DNA from: a virus
Taxonomy: Duplodnaviria > Caudoviricetes
Length of the DNA: 64,000 nucleotides
Reading direction: 5' to 3' (one strand)
IMG/VR virus record: IMGVR_UViG_3300047160_001842
Span: 1-64,000 of that record
Shown: positions 45,242 to 54,981 of the stretch, in pieces
Layout: every line of letters begins with the position of its first letter
Position numbering within the stretch: the stretch's first letter is position 1
The notes under the pieces: generated by a model
Told to the model about the DNA's origin: nothing
The model's database searches: none
The model's input: the letters and a program-made list of their open reading frames with translations, nothing else
Position numbers and translations under genes: made by a program

Positions 45242-46030
45242 ATGGCGCTCCAGAACAACCCCATTCTAGGCACAAGGCCGGATGAGCTTTCATTCGCCAA
45301 CGGCATGCGCAAGCTGATGGAGTTGAATAAGCAAAGCGCAGACGGCCTTATGCCTGCGCGAGTCGTCTCATACAACCGCGCAAAGAACACAGCGGTGATC
45401 CAGCCGCTGATCATGCTGGTGGATACGAACGGCAACACGCGCCTGCGCCATTCGCTTGAAGACGTGCCTGTGTTCTCGTTCGGCGGCGGCGGATTCCACA
45501 TCAACTTTCCTCTCCAACCCGGCGACCTCGGGTGGATCATGGCGGCTGATCGGGACATATCCCTGTTCATGAGTACGCTCGATGCCGCAAAGCCAACGAC
45601 GACTCGCAAGAAGACGTTTGGTGACGCGTGGTTTATCCCGGATGTGTTCTACAAGTACACCATTGCCGGTGAAGACGCTAGTGCGATGGTGATCCAAGCG
45701 CTGGACAGCACAACCCGAATTTCGATCAGCAACGGCAAGGTAAACATCACTGCGCCGACCTCCGTCAAAGTCGATACGCCCATTGCGACGTTTACCCACG
45801 ACGTTCACATCCAAGGCAAGTTGACAGTGGACCAGGACACAGCCCTCAACGCAAACCTCACCGTCATCGGGCTAACCTCGGTACAGGGCGGATTCATTGC
45901 CGTTGCAGGCGCGGGAACTGTCTGCACACTTCCGAACAACACGACCATCGGCGGCATCGTTGTGTATGGCCACGGTCACACCCAGACTGCCGTTGCTGGC
46001 CAGCGCACTTCCGGCGGCATGGTTGCCTAG
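45242..46030 (+). CDS. Baseplate central spike (Gp138-like N-terminus)
   Basis: PARVVSYN, FPLQPGDLGWIMAADRDI; HGH tip motif. Confidence 0.85.
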   Translation: MALQNNPILGTRPDELSFANGMRKLMELNKQSADGLMPARVVSYNRAKNTAVIQPLIMLVDTNGNTRLRHSLEDVPVFSFGGGGFHINFPLQPGDLGWIMAADRDISLFMSTLDAAKPTTTRKKTFGDAWFIPDVFYKYTIAGEDASAMVIQALDSTTRISISNGKVNITAPTSVKVDTPIATFTHDVHIQGKLTVDQDTALNANLTVIGLTSVQGGFIAVAGAGTVCTLPNNTTIGGIVVYGHGHTQTAVAGQRTSGGMVA

Positions 46031-46038
46031 GACTCAAT

Positions 46039-47301
46039 ATGACCGCATCCTACTCATACCTAATCAACACCGGCACAATTGCCGTAGATTCGACCGACCT
46101 CCTCAGCGATGTGGAAGCTGAATGGCAGCTTGCCTTCGGCTCCTCGCTGAATGTGGACGCATCGACGCCGCAGGGTACGATGATCGCGGCTGAGACGACA
46201 GCTCGAATCAGCGTGATGAAGAACAACGCCGATCTGGCGAATATGCAGAATCCCAACCTCGCATACGGCACGTTCCTCGATGCCATCTGCGCGTTGCTTG
46301 GTGTGGATCGCGGCGAGAACATCAGCACGACCGCGACGGCTGTTCAGATCAACGGCACTTCCGGCACGGTCATTGCTGCAGGTTCGCGCGTCAAGACGGT
46401 CAATGGCGACATCTTCGTGCTTCTCAACCAAGTCACCATCCCATCGGGCGGCACGACTGTCGGCACATTCCAATCGCAAGCCTATGGAGCCATTGCAGTT
46501 CCTGTCGGCGCAATGACGATTATTGATGGGGTGATCGGATGGGGCAGCGCCATCGTTGTCGGAACGACGACCGTTGACCCAGGCTCTACCCAGTCAACAG
46601 ACGCGCAACTGAAGAACAAACGGAACCAGCAACTGTCCGTCCAAGGAACCGGCTCCAGCGCCTCGATCCTTGCGCGGGCGATGAACGTCCCCAACGTCAC
46701 CTCGGTCAATGTCGTAGAGAACAACACCAGCGCGGCGGGAACGGTCAACGGTGTCACCTTCACCAATGGCAATGCCGTGTGGGTTTGCGTGGCCGGGAAT
46801 CCGGTACTTGCTGATGTTGCAGCCGCGCTCTACGCCGCGCACAACAGCGGAACGGCGTGGGACTTCGGCGGCGCGGGCAACGGTGTTCCGGTCAACTCGC
46901 CAAACGGCATCTCAGTCCAAGACCCAAGCACCGGCAAGCTATACAACGTCAAGTTCACCACGCCTATCCTTTACGACACCTACATCCATGTGGACGTCAA
47001 GCAATCGCCATCAGCGTCTCCTGGGGCCACGGAGATTCAGAAGGTGATACTGGACTTCTGCCAAGGCCTGCTGGGCGGCGAGGCGGGCTTGGTGGTCGGG
47101 GCTTCCCTGTCTGCCTTCGAAGTCTCCGGCGCGGTTGCGCGTGCGTATCCTGGCCTATACGTCCAAAACTGCAAGGTGGCCGCAGTCCCGGTTGGATCGG
47201 CCGCGCCTGTGTATCCTGGCGGCTATGCGTTGGAATGGGTGGCAACTCCGTTCCAACAAGGCGTTCAGCAGATTGGCAACATTGCGGTGAATCTGCTATG
47301 A
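46039..47301 (+). CDS. Baseplate J-like wedge protein
   Basis: STPQG.MI, AYGTFLDAI, G.VI.AGS.V, S.DAQLK.KR. Confidence 0.88.
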   Translation: MTASYSYLINTGTIAVDSTDLLSDVEAEWQLAFGSSLNVDASTPQGTMIAAETTARISVMKNNADLANMQNPNLAYGTFLDAICALLGVDRGENISTTATAVQINGTSGTVIAAGSRVKTVNGDIFVLLNQVTIPSGGTTVGTFQSQAYGAIAVPVGAMTIIDGVIGWGSAIVVGTTTVDPGSTQSTDAQLKNKRNQQLSVQGTGSSASILARAMNVPNVTSVNVVENNTSAAGTVNGVTFTNGNAVWVCVAGNPVLADVAAALYAAHNSGTAWDFGGAGNGVPVNSPNGISVQDPSTGKLYNVKFTTPILYDTYIHVDVKQSPSASPGATEIQKVILDFCQGLLGGEAGLVVGASLSAFEVSGAVARAYPGLYVQNCKVAAVPVGSAAPVYPGGYALEWVATPFQQGVQQIGNIAVNLL

Positions 47302-48197
47302 CCATGATTCCGTATGATCCGGCGATCACGCGTGCCCTGCGTTGGCAGCAGAACAAGGCGCCGCGCATCACATCGGTCCTCAACCAGAAGCAACAGTGGT
47401 ACGACCGCTACAACACCCAGTTCTGGGAGCAGTGGCGGACGGGCATATTTGACCTCAGGACGGCCAACCCCTTCGGACTCGCTGTCTGGTGCATCATACT
47501 CGGCTTGCCGCTGGATATCTTCAACTTCGAACCGCTCACGAATGCTTGGGCATACGGGATTCAGCGCGGCAACTACATCGGCCCTCTTCCAACGCTGCCT
47601 CTGAACGTCACGACCGGCCCGACCTTCTATGCCAATGGCGTGGTCGATCCCACAGCGTCACTCAACGCAGCGACCGGCCATGTCCACTACTCCGCGCCGC
47701 CGCCAGTGGGTGCTGCCTTGTCTTGGAGCGCAGTCGTCACTGAGTCGGGCGGAGACATCACATTCAATCGCAATCCCATAGGAGTCGGCGACGGCGTGCA
47801 GAACGATTGGTTGCTTCTTGATCCGGCCCACTTCAATGACGTGGGATACAACTTCCAAGGCGGCGGCGACCAGTCGGTGTCGCTGCTCTCGGATGTGCGC
47901 TATGCCTGCCAGTTGCGGTATGTGGCGCTCGTCTCCAACGGCAGCCAACAGTGGATCAACCAGATGCTGAAGTACATCTTCAACAACAATGAAGACTGGG
48001 ACTTTGCCGGCAAGAAGTATTTCTATCTCACAGACGCGACTGAGGATGGCTCTGTGCTCGCGGATATGACGATGCAATATCACATCGGCGCGAACATGCC
48101 GCTGTCCGCCCAGTTCATCAACTTGCTGAACAACCGGCAGTACGGCATTACGCCGCAGCTTTCTGGCGTTCCTTACACCGTGATCCAGGACCCATAA
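47298..48197 (+). CDS. Baseplate wedge protein (DUF2612-like)
   Basis: FDLRTANPFGLAVWCIILG. Confidence 0.8.
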   Translation: MTMIPYDPAITRALRWQQNKAPRITSVLNQKQQWYDRYNTQFWEQWRTGIFDLRTANPFGLAVWCIILGLPLDIFNFEPLTNAWAYGIQRGNYIGPLPTLPLNVTTGPTFYANGVVDPTASLNAATGHVHYSAPPPVGAALSWSAVVTESGGDITFNRNPIGVGDGVQNDWLLLDPAHFNDVGYNFQGGGDQSVSLLSDVRYACQLRYVALVSNGSQQWINQMLKYIFNNNEDWDFAGKKYFYLTDATEDGSVLADMTMQYHIGANMPLSAQFINLLNNRQYGITPQLSGVPYTVIQDP

Positions 48198-48198
48198 T

Positions 48199-49527
48199 AT
48201 GCCCCTCATCATCCCACCACTGATCCAAACGCCGTTCGCGGACTCCGGCGACAAGACCACTGTTCCACAGACAGACCCAAGCGGGTTTGTGAGCTTCTTG
48301 ACCGGGTATACGCCTGACTATGAGCTCAACCTTGCTTCCGGCGACCCACAAGCAAAGGCCGTGGAGCGCGGGATTCAGAACTATCTGTTCAACACCGGTA
48401 CGCTGGCCACGAAGGCCTGGCAGACAGCCGCGCGTCCGCCATGGTACAACACCATGCCCGGAGGCTATGCTAAGTGGGCAGAAGTGGTGTACGACACCGG
48501 CGACGGCAACCCCAAGCCTTTCCGCTCGCTGGTGTCCGGGAACGTCGCCGCGCCGGGAAGCTCGCCCAACTGGGAGTACATCCAAGGCTCCGGCGAGATG
48601 ATCAAGAACATCCCGATGCCCAGCGGCGGTGCGGGTGGCCCTGGTACGTACCTCATCACAGTCGCAACGGACTTCAACACGATCACCGGCAACGGCTCGT
48701 GGCAGTTCCAAAGCGATGCAATCGTCACAGGCTCTCCGAACTCTCCTCAGAATGGCGGCAACCAGGCCCAAGCTGGTATGCTGGAGGTGTCCTCGTGGGC
48801 GAACGGCGCCAACGCCTACGTCACCCAGTTCTATCGCGACAAGGCCGGACTCGGGTGGATGCGCGGCGCGGTCAACGGCATCTGGACTGGTTGGAAGATT
48901 TGGGCCGCAGCCAACCAGTTTGTGGTAGGCGAGATTCGCATGTGGAACGGGACCGCGACGCAAGCCGCGATCACAGCCGCGTGGGGACCGGGTTGGCGGC
49001 TTTGCGATGGTACGAACGGGACGGCCAACCTCAAGGACCGATTCATCATCGGCGCTGGCGGGACGATTGGCGCGACCGGAACGACTGGCGGCGCGTCGGC
49101 TGTTGCTCTGGCGATAGCCAATATGCCGGCCCACAACCACGTTATCAACATCGGCGACCCCGGACACGCACACAGCGTTTACGATCCGGGGCACAACCAC
49201 GGCGTCAGCGACCCTGGGCACTCACACGGGGTCGCTGACCCTGGGCACAACCACTCGTTCAACGGCGGTGCGATTGCAGTTGCCGGCTCGGCTGGCGGCT
49301 TCTTCATGACGAGTGGCGGTGCAACCGGGACGTCAACAAACGGCACCGGGATCAGCATCTACGGAAACGGGACCGGGATCGGCATTGCTGCGAGCGGAAC
49401 CGGCATCGGCATTTACGCCAACGGCACTGGCATCACCGCCAGTTCCAACAACACTGGTAGCGGGACGGCCTTCAGCATCATGCCGCCATACTACGCTTTG
49501 TGCTTTGTTCAATACACAGGAGCTTAA
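48199..49527 (+). CDS. Main tail fibre with collar domain and His-repeat needle
   Basis: PFADSGDK..VP; VGEIRMW..GWRLCDGTNGT.NLKDRFIIGAG; four DPGHxH repeats; PPYYALCFV. Confidence 0.9.
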   Translation: MPLIIPPLIQTPFADSGDKTTVPQTDPSGFVSFLTGYTPDYELNLASGDPQAKAVERGIQNYLFNTGTLATKAWQTAARPPWYNTMPGGYAKWAEVVYDTGDGNPKPFRSLVSGNVAAPGSSPNWEYIQGSGEMIKNIPMPSGGAGGPGTYLITVATDFNTITGNGSWQFQSDAIVTGSPNSPQNGGNQAQAGMLEVSSWANGANAYVTQFYRDKAGLGWMRGAVNGIWTGWKIWAAANQFVVGEIRMWNGTATQAAITAAWGPGWRLCDGTNGTANLKDRFIIGAGGTIGATGTTGGASAVALAIANMPAHNHVINIGDPGHAHSVYDPGHNHGVSDPGHSHGVADPGHNHSFNGGAIAVAGSAGGFFMTSGGATGTSTNGTGISIYGNGTGIGIAASGTGIGIYANGTGITASSNNTGSGTAFSIMPPYYALCFVQYTGA

Positions 49528-49529
49528 TC

Positions 49530-49862
49530 ATGTCCTTCAGCATCAAGGTTACCAATCGCAGCGACTCGTACATCAACCTGGACGGCGGCGAAGTCAACGC
49601 CGACATCCGCCCCGGCGACAGCGCTGAACTCCACTTCCAGGACGACGACATCATTGTGGTGACTCGTCACGATCCGATGGCAGCGGCAGAGTCGGACGAG
49701 TCAGAAGGTGAGCCGCTGGCGCCCCCTCCGGTGAACGGACAACCGGACGGTACGAACCCGCCTGCTGGCGGCGACACGAATACGGAAGGCGATGGAGTCG
49801 GCTCTGGCGGAACGGATCAGGCGAAGGATACGCCGCCCGCCGATACAGCCGCGTCCAACTAG
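49530..49862 (+). CDS. Acidic hypothetical protein
   Basis: Follows fibre via TAATCATG junction. Confidence 0.6.
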   Translation: MSFSIKVTNRSDSYINLDGGEVNADIRPGDSAELHFQDDDIIVVTRHDPMAAAESDESEGEPLAPPPVNGQPDGTNPPAGGDTNTEGDGVGSGGTDQAKDTPPADTAASN

Positions 49863-49975
49863 AACGTGTTCTGACGGGCTTTCCCGGCCCGGTCTAGGCT
49901 ACCCTACGCCGAGCCGGGAGAATGGCTTAAAAACCATCCAAACGGACACTCTTTTAAGCCTGTTCCCGAAAAGCT

Positions 49976-50011
49976 AACGGCCCTCGCTAGTTGCCTAGAG
50001 AGGGCCGTTTT
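49976..50011. terminator. Terminator between convergent virion and replication arms
   Basis: AACGGCCCTC/GAGGGCCGTT outer stem, CTAG/CTAG inner stem, T run on plus strand. Confidence 0.8.
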
Positions 50012-50024
50012 AGTGTTCGGAAGG

Positions 50025-50915
50025 TCAGAGGTCTTCGCTACCCCGGATCGCCTCGAATACGCCGTGTCGCGGCACGTCCACCACGCCATGCGGGAAGTAT
50101 TTGTAGCGCGCGAGCCTCCCGATGTAGTCGTTGGGGTTCTCCCAAGCCTTCTTCCGGTCCTTGTGGCTGAGTCCGGAAGCAGAGATGCGGAACTTGCCGT
50201 AAGTCGGCGTCTCCACCACAAACGCGCCGACCATCCCGGTGCCCACTTGCGCGTCCTTGGACACCGACTTCTTCGCGCGCCCAAGCAAGTCCTCTTCACT
50301 CTCGGTAAGGTTCTCCACCTGCTCTTCAAGCGCGACAATTGTGGCCTCCTCGGACACAAAGCGCTTCACCTTCAGCAGAAGGTTCTCGACCAGAGTTGAC
50401 CGACCGAACTTGTAGTGGCCGTTGGGGTCGCGCAGCATGACCCCTTCGAAGCCTTGGTCAACTGCCAGACTTTCGAAGGCCAGCATTGATTCAAGGTTCA
50501 TGACCGGGCGGTGCGTCAGGAGGACCAAGCGCGGATGATTGATCGCGGCCACTCGTTCAGCCGCGCGTTGAATCCGCTCGCGGAACGGCGCGCGTGGATC
50601 GGTACGGTCATCAAAGATGTACCACTTCACGTCCGGTTCGCCGATCTTCTTGCGAACCGGGCCGGAGGTGTTGTGAAATGCGTTTCTGTCGTTCCACGGC
50701 CCGACGATGAGTTCACCGTCAAGGCAATCGAAGTCCAGTCCATCGAACTCGTTGCGGGTGAAGTCGTTGAGAACTGGAGTGCCGCTGCTCGTCCGAATCT
50801 TCCCCTCAGCGCTGAACGCCCGATAGCCATCGAGCTTGAAGCTGGCCAGATACGGGAAGCGCAATCGCGCCTCCTCGTAATCCTCGGCCTTCATCGGCTT
50901 ATCAATGAACGCCAT
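50025..50915 (-). CDS. ATP-dependent DNA ligase
   Basis: SFKLDGYR (KxDG), LDGEL, FEGVMLR, LLKVK. Confidence 0.93.
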   Translation of the reverse strand: MAFIDKPMKAEDYEEARLRFPYLASFKLDGYRAFSAEGKIRTSSGTPVLNDFTRNEFDGLDFDCLDGELIVGPWNDRNAFHNTSGPVRKKIGEPDVKWYIFDDRTDPRAPFRERIQRAAERVAAINHPRLVLLTHRPVMNLESMLAFESLAVDQGFEGVMLRDPNGHYKFGRSTLVENLLLKVKRFVSEEATIVALEEQVENLTESEEDLLGRAKKSVSKDAQVGTGMVGAFVVETPTYGKFRISASGLSHKDRKKAWENPNDYIGRLARYKYFPHGVVDVPRHGVFEAIRGSEDL

Positions 50916-51561
50916 CTTTGAACAGGAAGTCCAGAACCAGCTTGCTCCAGTTCTCATAGCCCTCGGTGGACTCCGGCTTCTGGATGAGTCCGACCGTCTC
51001 CAACTCCTCCTCGCGGCAGCGCACGGTGAAGCCGTCCGGAATCCGGATGGACATCAGAATGCCGTAGTGAACGCGCCCGACTTCGTTGGAGGTGTCGTTG
51101 ATGATGCCGAGCATGTGCGGGTACATGCCTTGCTGGACCGCAGGGGCCAGGTCTTCCAGCGAGAGGTCCACGCCGTCCTTCGTGAGCACCAGCTCCTCGT
51201 TCAGCTCGCGCGTGATCGCGGCGGCGATGGTCGCGAGCGGATGAATGATGCTGGCGTCGCTGAACTTGACGTCATTCGCGTCGATGTGGCCGCCGATGCC
51301 GATGGAGTAGTTGCCTGCCAGCCGCTGCTCGCCAACCTTCGCCGTCCGACGATAGGTGAAGATGCCGGTGTCGTTCATCACGACGACATACGGGAGGGCT
51401 TGACCAAACTCCTCGTTGATCTCCAGCTCGTGGCGGCGACCGATGAAGAGTGAACGCTCAGCGCGCTCTTTCAGATCGGCAATGCCCATGGGCGTGATGC
51501 CATCGCCTACTTCACCGAATTGCTTCTTGTGAAAGGCGACGATGTACTGTGGATGTTTCAT
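50902..51561 (-). CDS. Nudix-fold phosphoesterase-like protein
   Basis: QALPYVV, YRR...EQRL, SIGIGGHI, RELNEEL, VGRVHYG. Confidence 0.8.
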   Translation of the reverse strand: MKHPQYIVAFHKKQFGEVGDGITPMGIADLKERAERSLFIGRRHELEINEEFGQALPYVVVMNDTGIFTYRRTAKVGEQRLAGNYSIGIGGHIDANDVKFSDASIIHPLATIAAAITRELNEELVLTKDGVDLSLEDLAPAVQQGMYPHMLGIINDTSNEVGRVHYGILMSIRIPDGFTVRCREEELETVGLIQKPESTEGYENWSKLVLDFLFKDGVH

Positions 51562-51571
51562 GGTTTGGAAT

Positions 51572-51656
51572 AAAAAGGGGCGTAGTGCGCGGGAATCTCC
51601 TGGCGGAGGGAGGAGGTAGAAGAAGACGCCAGGAGGGCAATGGCCGCGCACGCCCC
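51572..51656 (-). ncRNA. Structured intergenic RNA/terminator with CCUCCUCCC loop
   Basis: Perfect 9-bp inner stem 51597-51605/51627-51635, 21-nt loop, 13-bp outer stem with 3-nt bulge, U5 tail on minus strand. Confidence 0.55.
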
Positions 51657-51665
51657 GTAAGTGGT

Positions 51666-52538
51666 TTAGAAGCTGTCTGCCTTCTGCGCTTCGCCGGACA
51701 CCTCGCCAGCATCGCCAGCGGATGGGTCCTTCGAACGGTCAACCTTCACGTCGCCAGCCGCGACGGCGTTGTAGAAGTCTTTCGCCAGTTGGTAGATGTC
51801 CTTGTCGGTCACCATACCTTCCAACTCAAACTTGGCGCCGGACCACGAGCCTTTCTCGTTGGACAGGCCCACGGTCGTCATCCGCGCGATGTTCGCGAAG
51901 GTCGGAGGGGTCCGGTTCACGCCGCCAACGTTGACCTTCTTCTGCTGGAGAGTCGTCATCAGCATGCGGCTGGACTTGATCTGGCTGGACGAGAGCGAGA
52001 TGATCGCTTGTCCCACTTCCTTCGTCTCTTCATCGATGACGAGGACGTAATGCGAGCGGGTGTCCGCGTAGTAGTCCGACTTCTTCGGGTTGACTTCGCC
52101 CTTGTCGTCCTTCACGAGCGGGCGATTGTCCACGATCTCGATCTTGCCGCTGGCCACGATCTTGTCGAATTCCTCCGGCGTGATTTCACCCTTGAAGCCG
52201 CCTTCGCCCTCGCGGCCACCCCAGAGGATGTACGAGCGGCGGAAGAAGCACGGAATGAAGGTCAGGCCGACCTTACCGTCAATCAACTTCCCGGTGACGG
52301 TGTTGTAGAGCATCCCAGCCTTCGCACCTTCGATGTGCTTGGGGTCGTCTTCGTCAACCATCGGCGACATCTTCTGGAGAATCTGGATAAACGGAATCGC
52401 ATACGAGTCCTTGTCCGCGTTCTCGAAACCTTGATTGCCGCCGAAGTCGCTGGCGTCCATGAAATCGGCCGCGACTGCAATGCCGGTGTTCGGCTTCACT
52501 GCGACTTCGGTGCTTGCTGCTGCGTTTTTGGTAGCCAT
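51666..52538 (-). CDS. Putative ssDNA-binding/recombination protein
   Basis: IPFIQILQKMSP...FIPC...YILW; acidic C-terminal tail ending in F. Confidence 0.6.
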   Translation of the reverse strand: MATKNAAASTEVAVKPNTGIAVAADFMDASDFGGNQGFENADKDSYAIPFIQILQKMSPMVDEDDPKHIEGAKAGMLYNTVTGKLIDGKVGLTFIPCFFRRSYILWGGREGEGGFKGEITPEEFDKIVASGKIEIVDNRPLVKDDKGEVNPKKSDYYADTRSHYVLVIDEETKEVGQAIISLSSSQIKSSRMLMTTLQQKKVNVGGVNRTPPTFANIARMTTVGLSNEKGSWSGAKFELEGMVTDKDIYQLAKDFYNAVAAGDVKVDRSKDPSAGDAGEVSGEAQKADSF

Positions 52539-52544
52539 TTGGCG

Positions 52545-53120
52545 TTAACCTTTCTTTGGTGCTTTGGGAGGGGTGATCTTTGCAATCCGGAACTCGAAAA
52601 CGCCGAACGTTTCAAGTGGAATCTTGTCGCCAGCTTCTAGTCGTTCCTTCACGAACGATTTTAGCGTGGATGGGTGAACGGAGTCCTTTATTTCCGCGTC
52701 AGTGTAGCCAGCGGCGATGAGGGCTTGGCGGGCCTTTTCCGCCTCTGCGGCTTCGCCCTTACCAAAGTTCACAGCCACAGCGGTCTTAATGATCCCGTCA
52801 TAGTCGTGGGCGCGTAGCCAGCCAAAGGCTTCGGGCTTCCGCTCCTCGGAGATGGAACACTTGACATCTTCCTTCACGGATATCTTCGCGCCGTCAGACA
52901 TCTTGAAGTCTTCTAGACCCAACTCCTCCATGATGTCCGGGATACGTTCACGGAGGATTTTGTCGAGCTTGTCTTGCTTCTCAGCGAGCGCGGCTTGATC
53001 GGCGAGGAGTTGGCCTTCAAGGTCTTTGGCCTCGGCGGCGAGTCCCACCAACCGTTCGATGGTTGGGGCTGGTTTCTCGGCGTCTTGTTGATCGTCTTCG
53101 AAGTAGTCGATGGTGCTCAC
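52545..53120 (-). CDS. Conserved replication-module protein
   Basis: IPDIMEELGL..F...DG; VHPSTLKSFVKE. Confidence 0.7.
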   Translation of the reverse strand: MSTIDYFEDDQQDAEKPAPTIERLVGLAAEAKDLEGQLLADQAALAEKQDKLDKILRERIPDIMEELGLEDFKMSDGAKISVKEDVKCSISEERKPEAFGWLRAHDYDGIIKTAVAVNFGKGEAAEAEKARQALIAAGYTDAEIKDSVHPSTLKSFVKERLEAGDKIPLETFGVFEFRIAKITPPKAPKKG

Positions 53121-53452
53121 AGGGTAACCTCCAAAACGATATAGCCGTTTCGCTTCCTATCCCATTTGAGCATCTTCAAGCAGTCCACTTGTCGAAAGAT
53201 GAGCGACGAACAGATCGCAATGATCGACGGGTCGCCGACTGCCACGAAGTAGTCGTCAGGCGTGTAGTGCTTGAGGACGGCCTTGGCCTTCGATACGACG
53301 AGTGGGATGAACAGCGGGTTGTCCTCGCGCGAGAGGACGGGGGTCAGCGTGCCGTAGGTGGCCGCGTCGGTGAAGTCATACGCTGGTGCCATTCTCTCGT
53401 GCGTCGGGTCCCACCGCTCGATCAGCTGTGGGATGTATACCTTGGGTAACAT
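53117..53452 (-). CDS. Hypothetical protein
   Basis: AGAAAGG RBS, coupled. Confidence 0.7.
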   Translation of the reverse strand: MLPKVYIPQLIERWDPTHERMAPAYDFTDAATYGTLTPVLSREDNPLFIPLVVSKAKAVLKHYTPDDYFVAVGDPSIIAICSSLIFRQVDCLKMLKWDRKRNGYIVLEVTL

Positions 53453-53502
53453 TGTTTTCCTTTCTGGGTTAGCGCGGCTCTATTATCTATGGTATCTGGT
53501 GA

Positions 53503-54981
53503 TCAGCCGAGTGGAATCCCGTCGATAACGTGATCCGCAATGGCATTCTTGCTTTGGCGCGACTGGGCCGCGTCCTCGTCAATAGTGTTCTCGGCAATGA
53601 GGTCAATGTACAGGACGGAATCGCCCTTAGTCCCGATGCGGTGGTTGCGGTCTTCCGACTGGCTGCGAATGTCGTTATCGAAGTCACAGCTGTAGTAGAT
53701 CGATGTCTGCGCCGCAGTCAGCGTGATGCCCGCATACGCGGCTTTGTTGCAGACGAATGCGGTGTACTTGCCTGCTTGGAAGTCGTCAATGGCTTTCTCA
53801 CGGTCGTCGTCGCTGATGTCTCCGTGGTACTCGACAGTGGTGATTCCCTGCTCGTTCAGCTTCTCAATGATCTGGCGAATCTCCTCTTTGTAGATGGCCC
53901 ATACGATGAACTGCCCTTCCAAGTCGTCCACGACATCCAAGAAGGCTTCCATGCGCGGGTTCTCGTCCGCTGCAATCAGTTCCAGCTGGCCTTGGACGTA
54001 GATGAACCCGGAGGTCACCTGCTTCATCTTCTGTCGCGCCGCGATGGCTTCGAACGACTGCGGCCCAGCGCTCTTGGAGACGTAGCTGTAGTCGGCTTGC
54101 AACTCGTCATAGACCTTGCGCTGCTTTTCGCTCAGCTCGAATGGCCTGACCTCGTACACCTTCGGCGGCAAGTTGAGGACATCGGACTTCCTCACGCGGA
54201 ACGTATGCGGCTGGGTGAGGTTGTAGAGCTTGTCCAGATTCCGGTACATCTTGTTGCCAGCTTCATCGGTGTCGACGACTTGAGCCCAAGCAGCCTTCGG
54301 CCCCATCTTCTTTATCAAGCCCATCATCTTCGGTGAGCGCGGGTCCAGCAACACAGCAAATTCGGCCACGAAGGCGCGATAGCTCTTGGTCCCTAGCAAC
54401 CCCTCCTTCAGGAAGTCGAATTGGCTGTAGAGGTCCATAGGAGCCTTCGCCAGTGGCTTCCCGGAGAGGATGCGACGGGCGGTGGCCTTGCGGGCGGCTT
54501 CGATGCAGTAGATGGTCCGCTTGGCCTTCGGGTTGCCGATCTTCTTGGACTCGTCGCACACGGCCAGCGTCTTGTACGTGGTGACGAACTTGTCCACAAC
54601 CTCGCGGCCACTCTCCGTCAGCATCATCTCAAAGTTGACGGAGAGGACACGTAGCTTCCGCTCCTCGCCCTCGTATTGCTTTGCGTACAGCCGCTCCATC
54701 GAGGCTTTCTGTCGCTTCGTCTTGATAGGGCCATCCCAGCTATGGCAGATGGTTGGAACGGACATGTGCGTTGGAATCTCACGGAGCACCCAGTTGGAGT
54801 GCGGCCCTTTTGGAGCGAACACCACCATGGCCTCGATAAGACCCTCCAGAAACAGCCGCTCAGCGTCCGCCATGGTCATCCACGTCTTGCCGGTGCCCAT
54901 CTCTGCGAACAGCGCAAAGTTGCGCTTGCGAGCCGACACCTCAAGGTAAGTCAGCTGATGGTCCATTCCAGTCGTCTTCAT
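53503..54981 (-). CDS. SNF2-family helicase
   Basis: EMGTGKT, CDES, LSGKP, GITLT, QSEDRNHRIG. Confidence 0.92.
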   Translation of the reverse strand: MKTTGMDHQLTYLEVSARKRNFALFAEMGTGKTWMTMADAERLFLEGLIEAMVVFAPKGPHSNWVLREIPTHMSVPTICHSWDGPIKTKRQKASMERLYAKQYEGEERKLRVLSVNFEMMLTESGREVVDKFVTTYKTLAVCDESKKIGNPKAKRTIYCIEAARKATARRILSGKPLAKAPMDLYSQFDFLKEGLLGTKSYRAFVAEFAVLLDPRSPKMMGLIKKMGPKAAWAQVVDTDEAGNKMYRNLDKLYNLTQPHTFRVRKSDVLNLPPKVYEVRPFELSEKQRKVYDELQADYSYVSKSAGPQSFEAIAARQKMKQVTSGFIYVQGQLELIAADENPRMEAFLDVVDDLEGQFIVWAIYKEEIRQIIEKLNEQGITTVEYHGDISDDDREKAIDDFQAGKYTAFVCNKAAYAGITLTAAQTSIYYSCDFDNDIRSQSEDRNHRIGTKGDSVLYIDLIAENTIDEDAAQSRQSKNAIADHVIDGIPLG

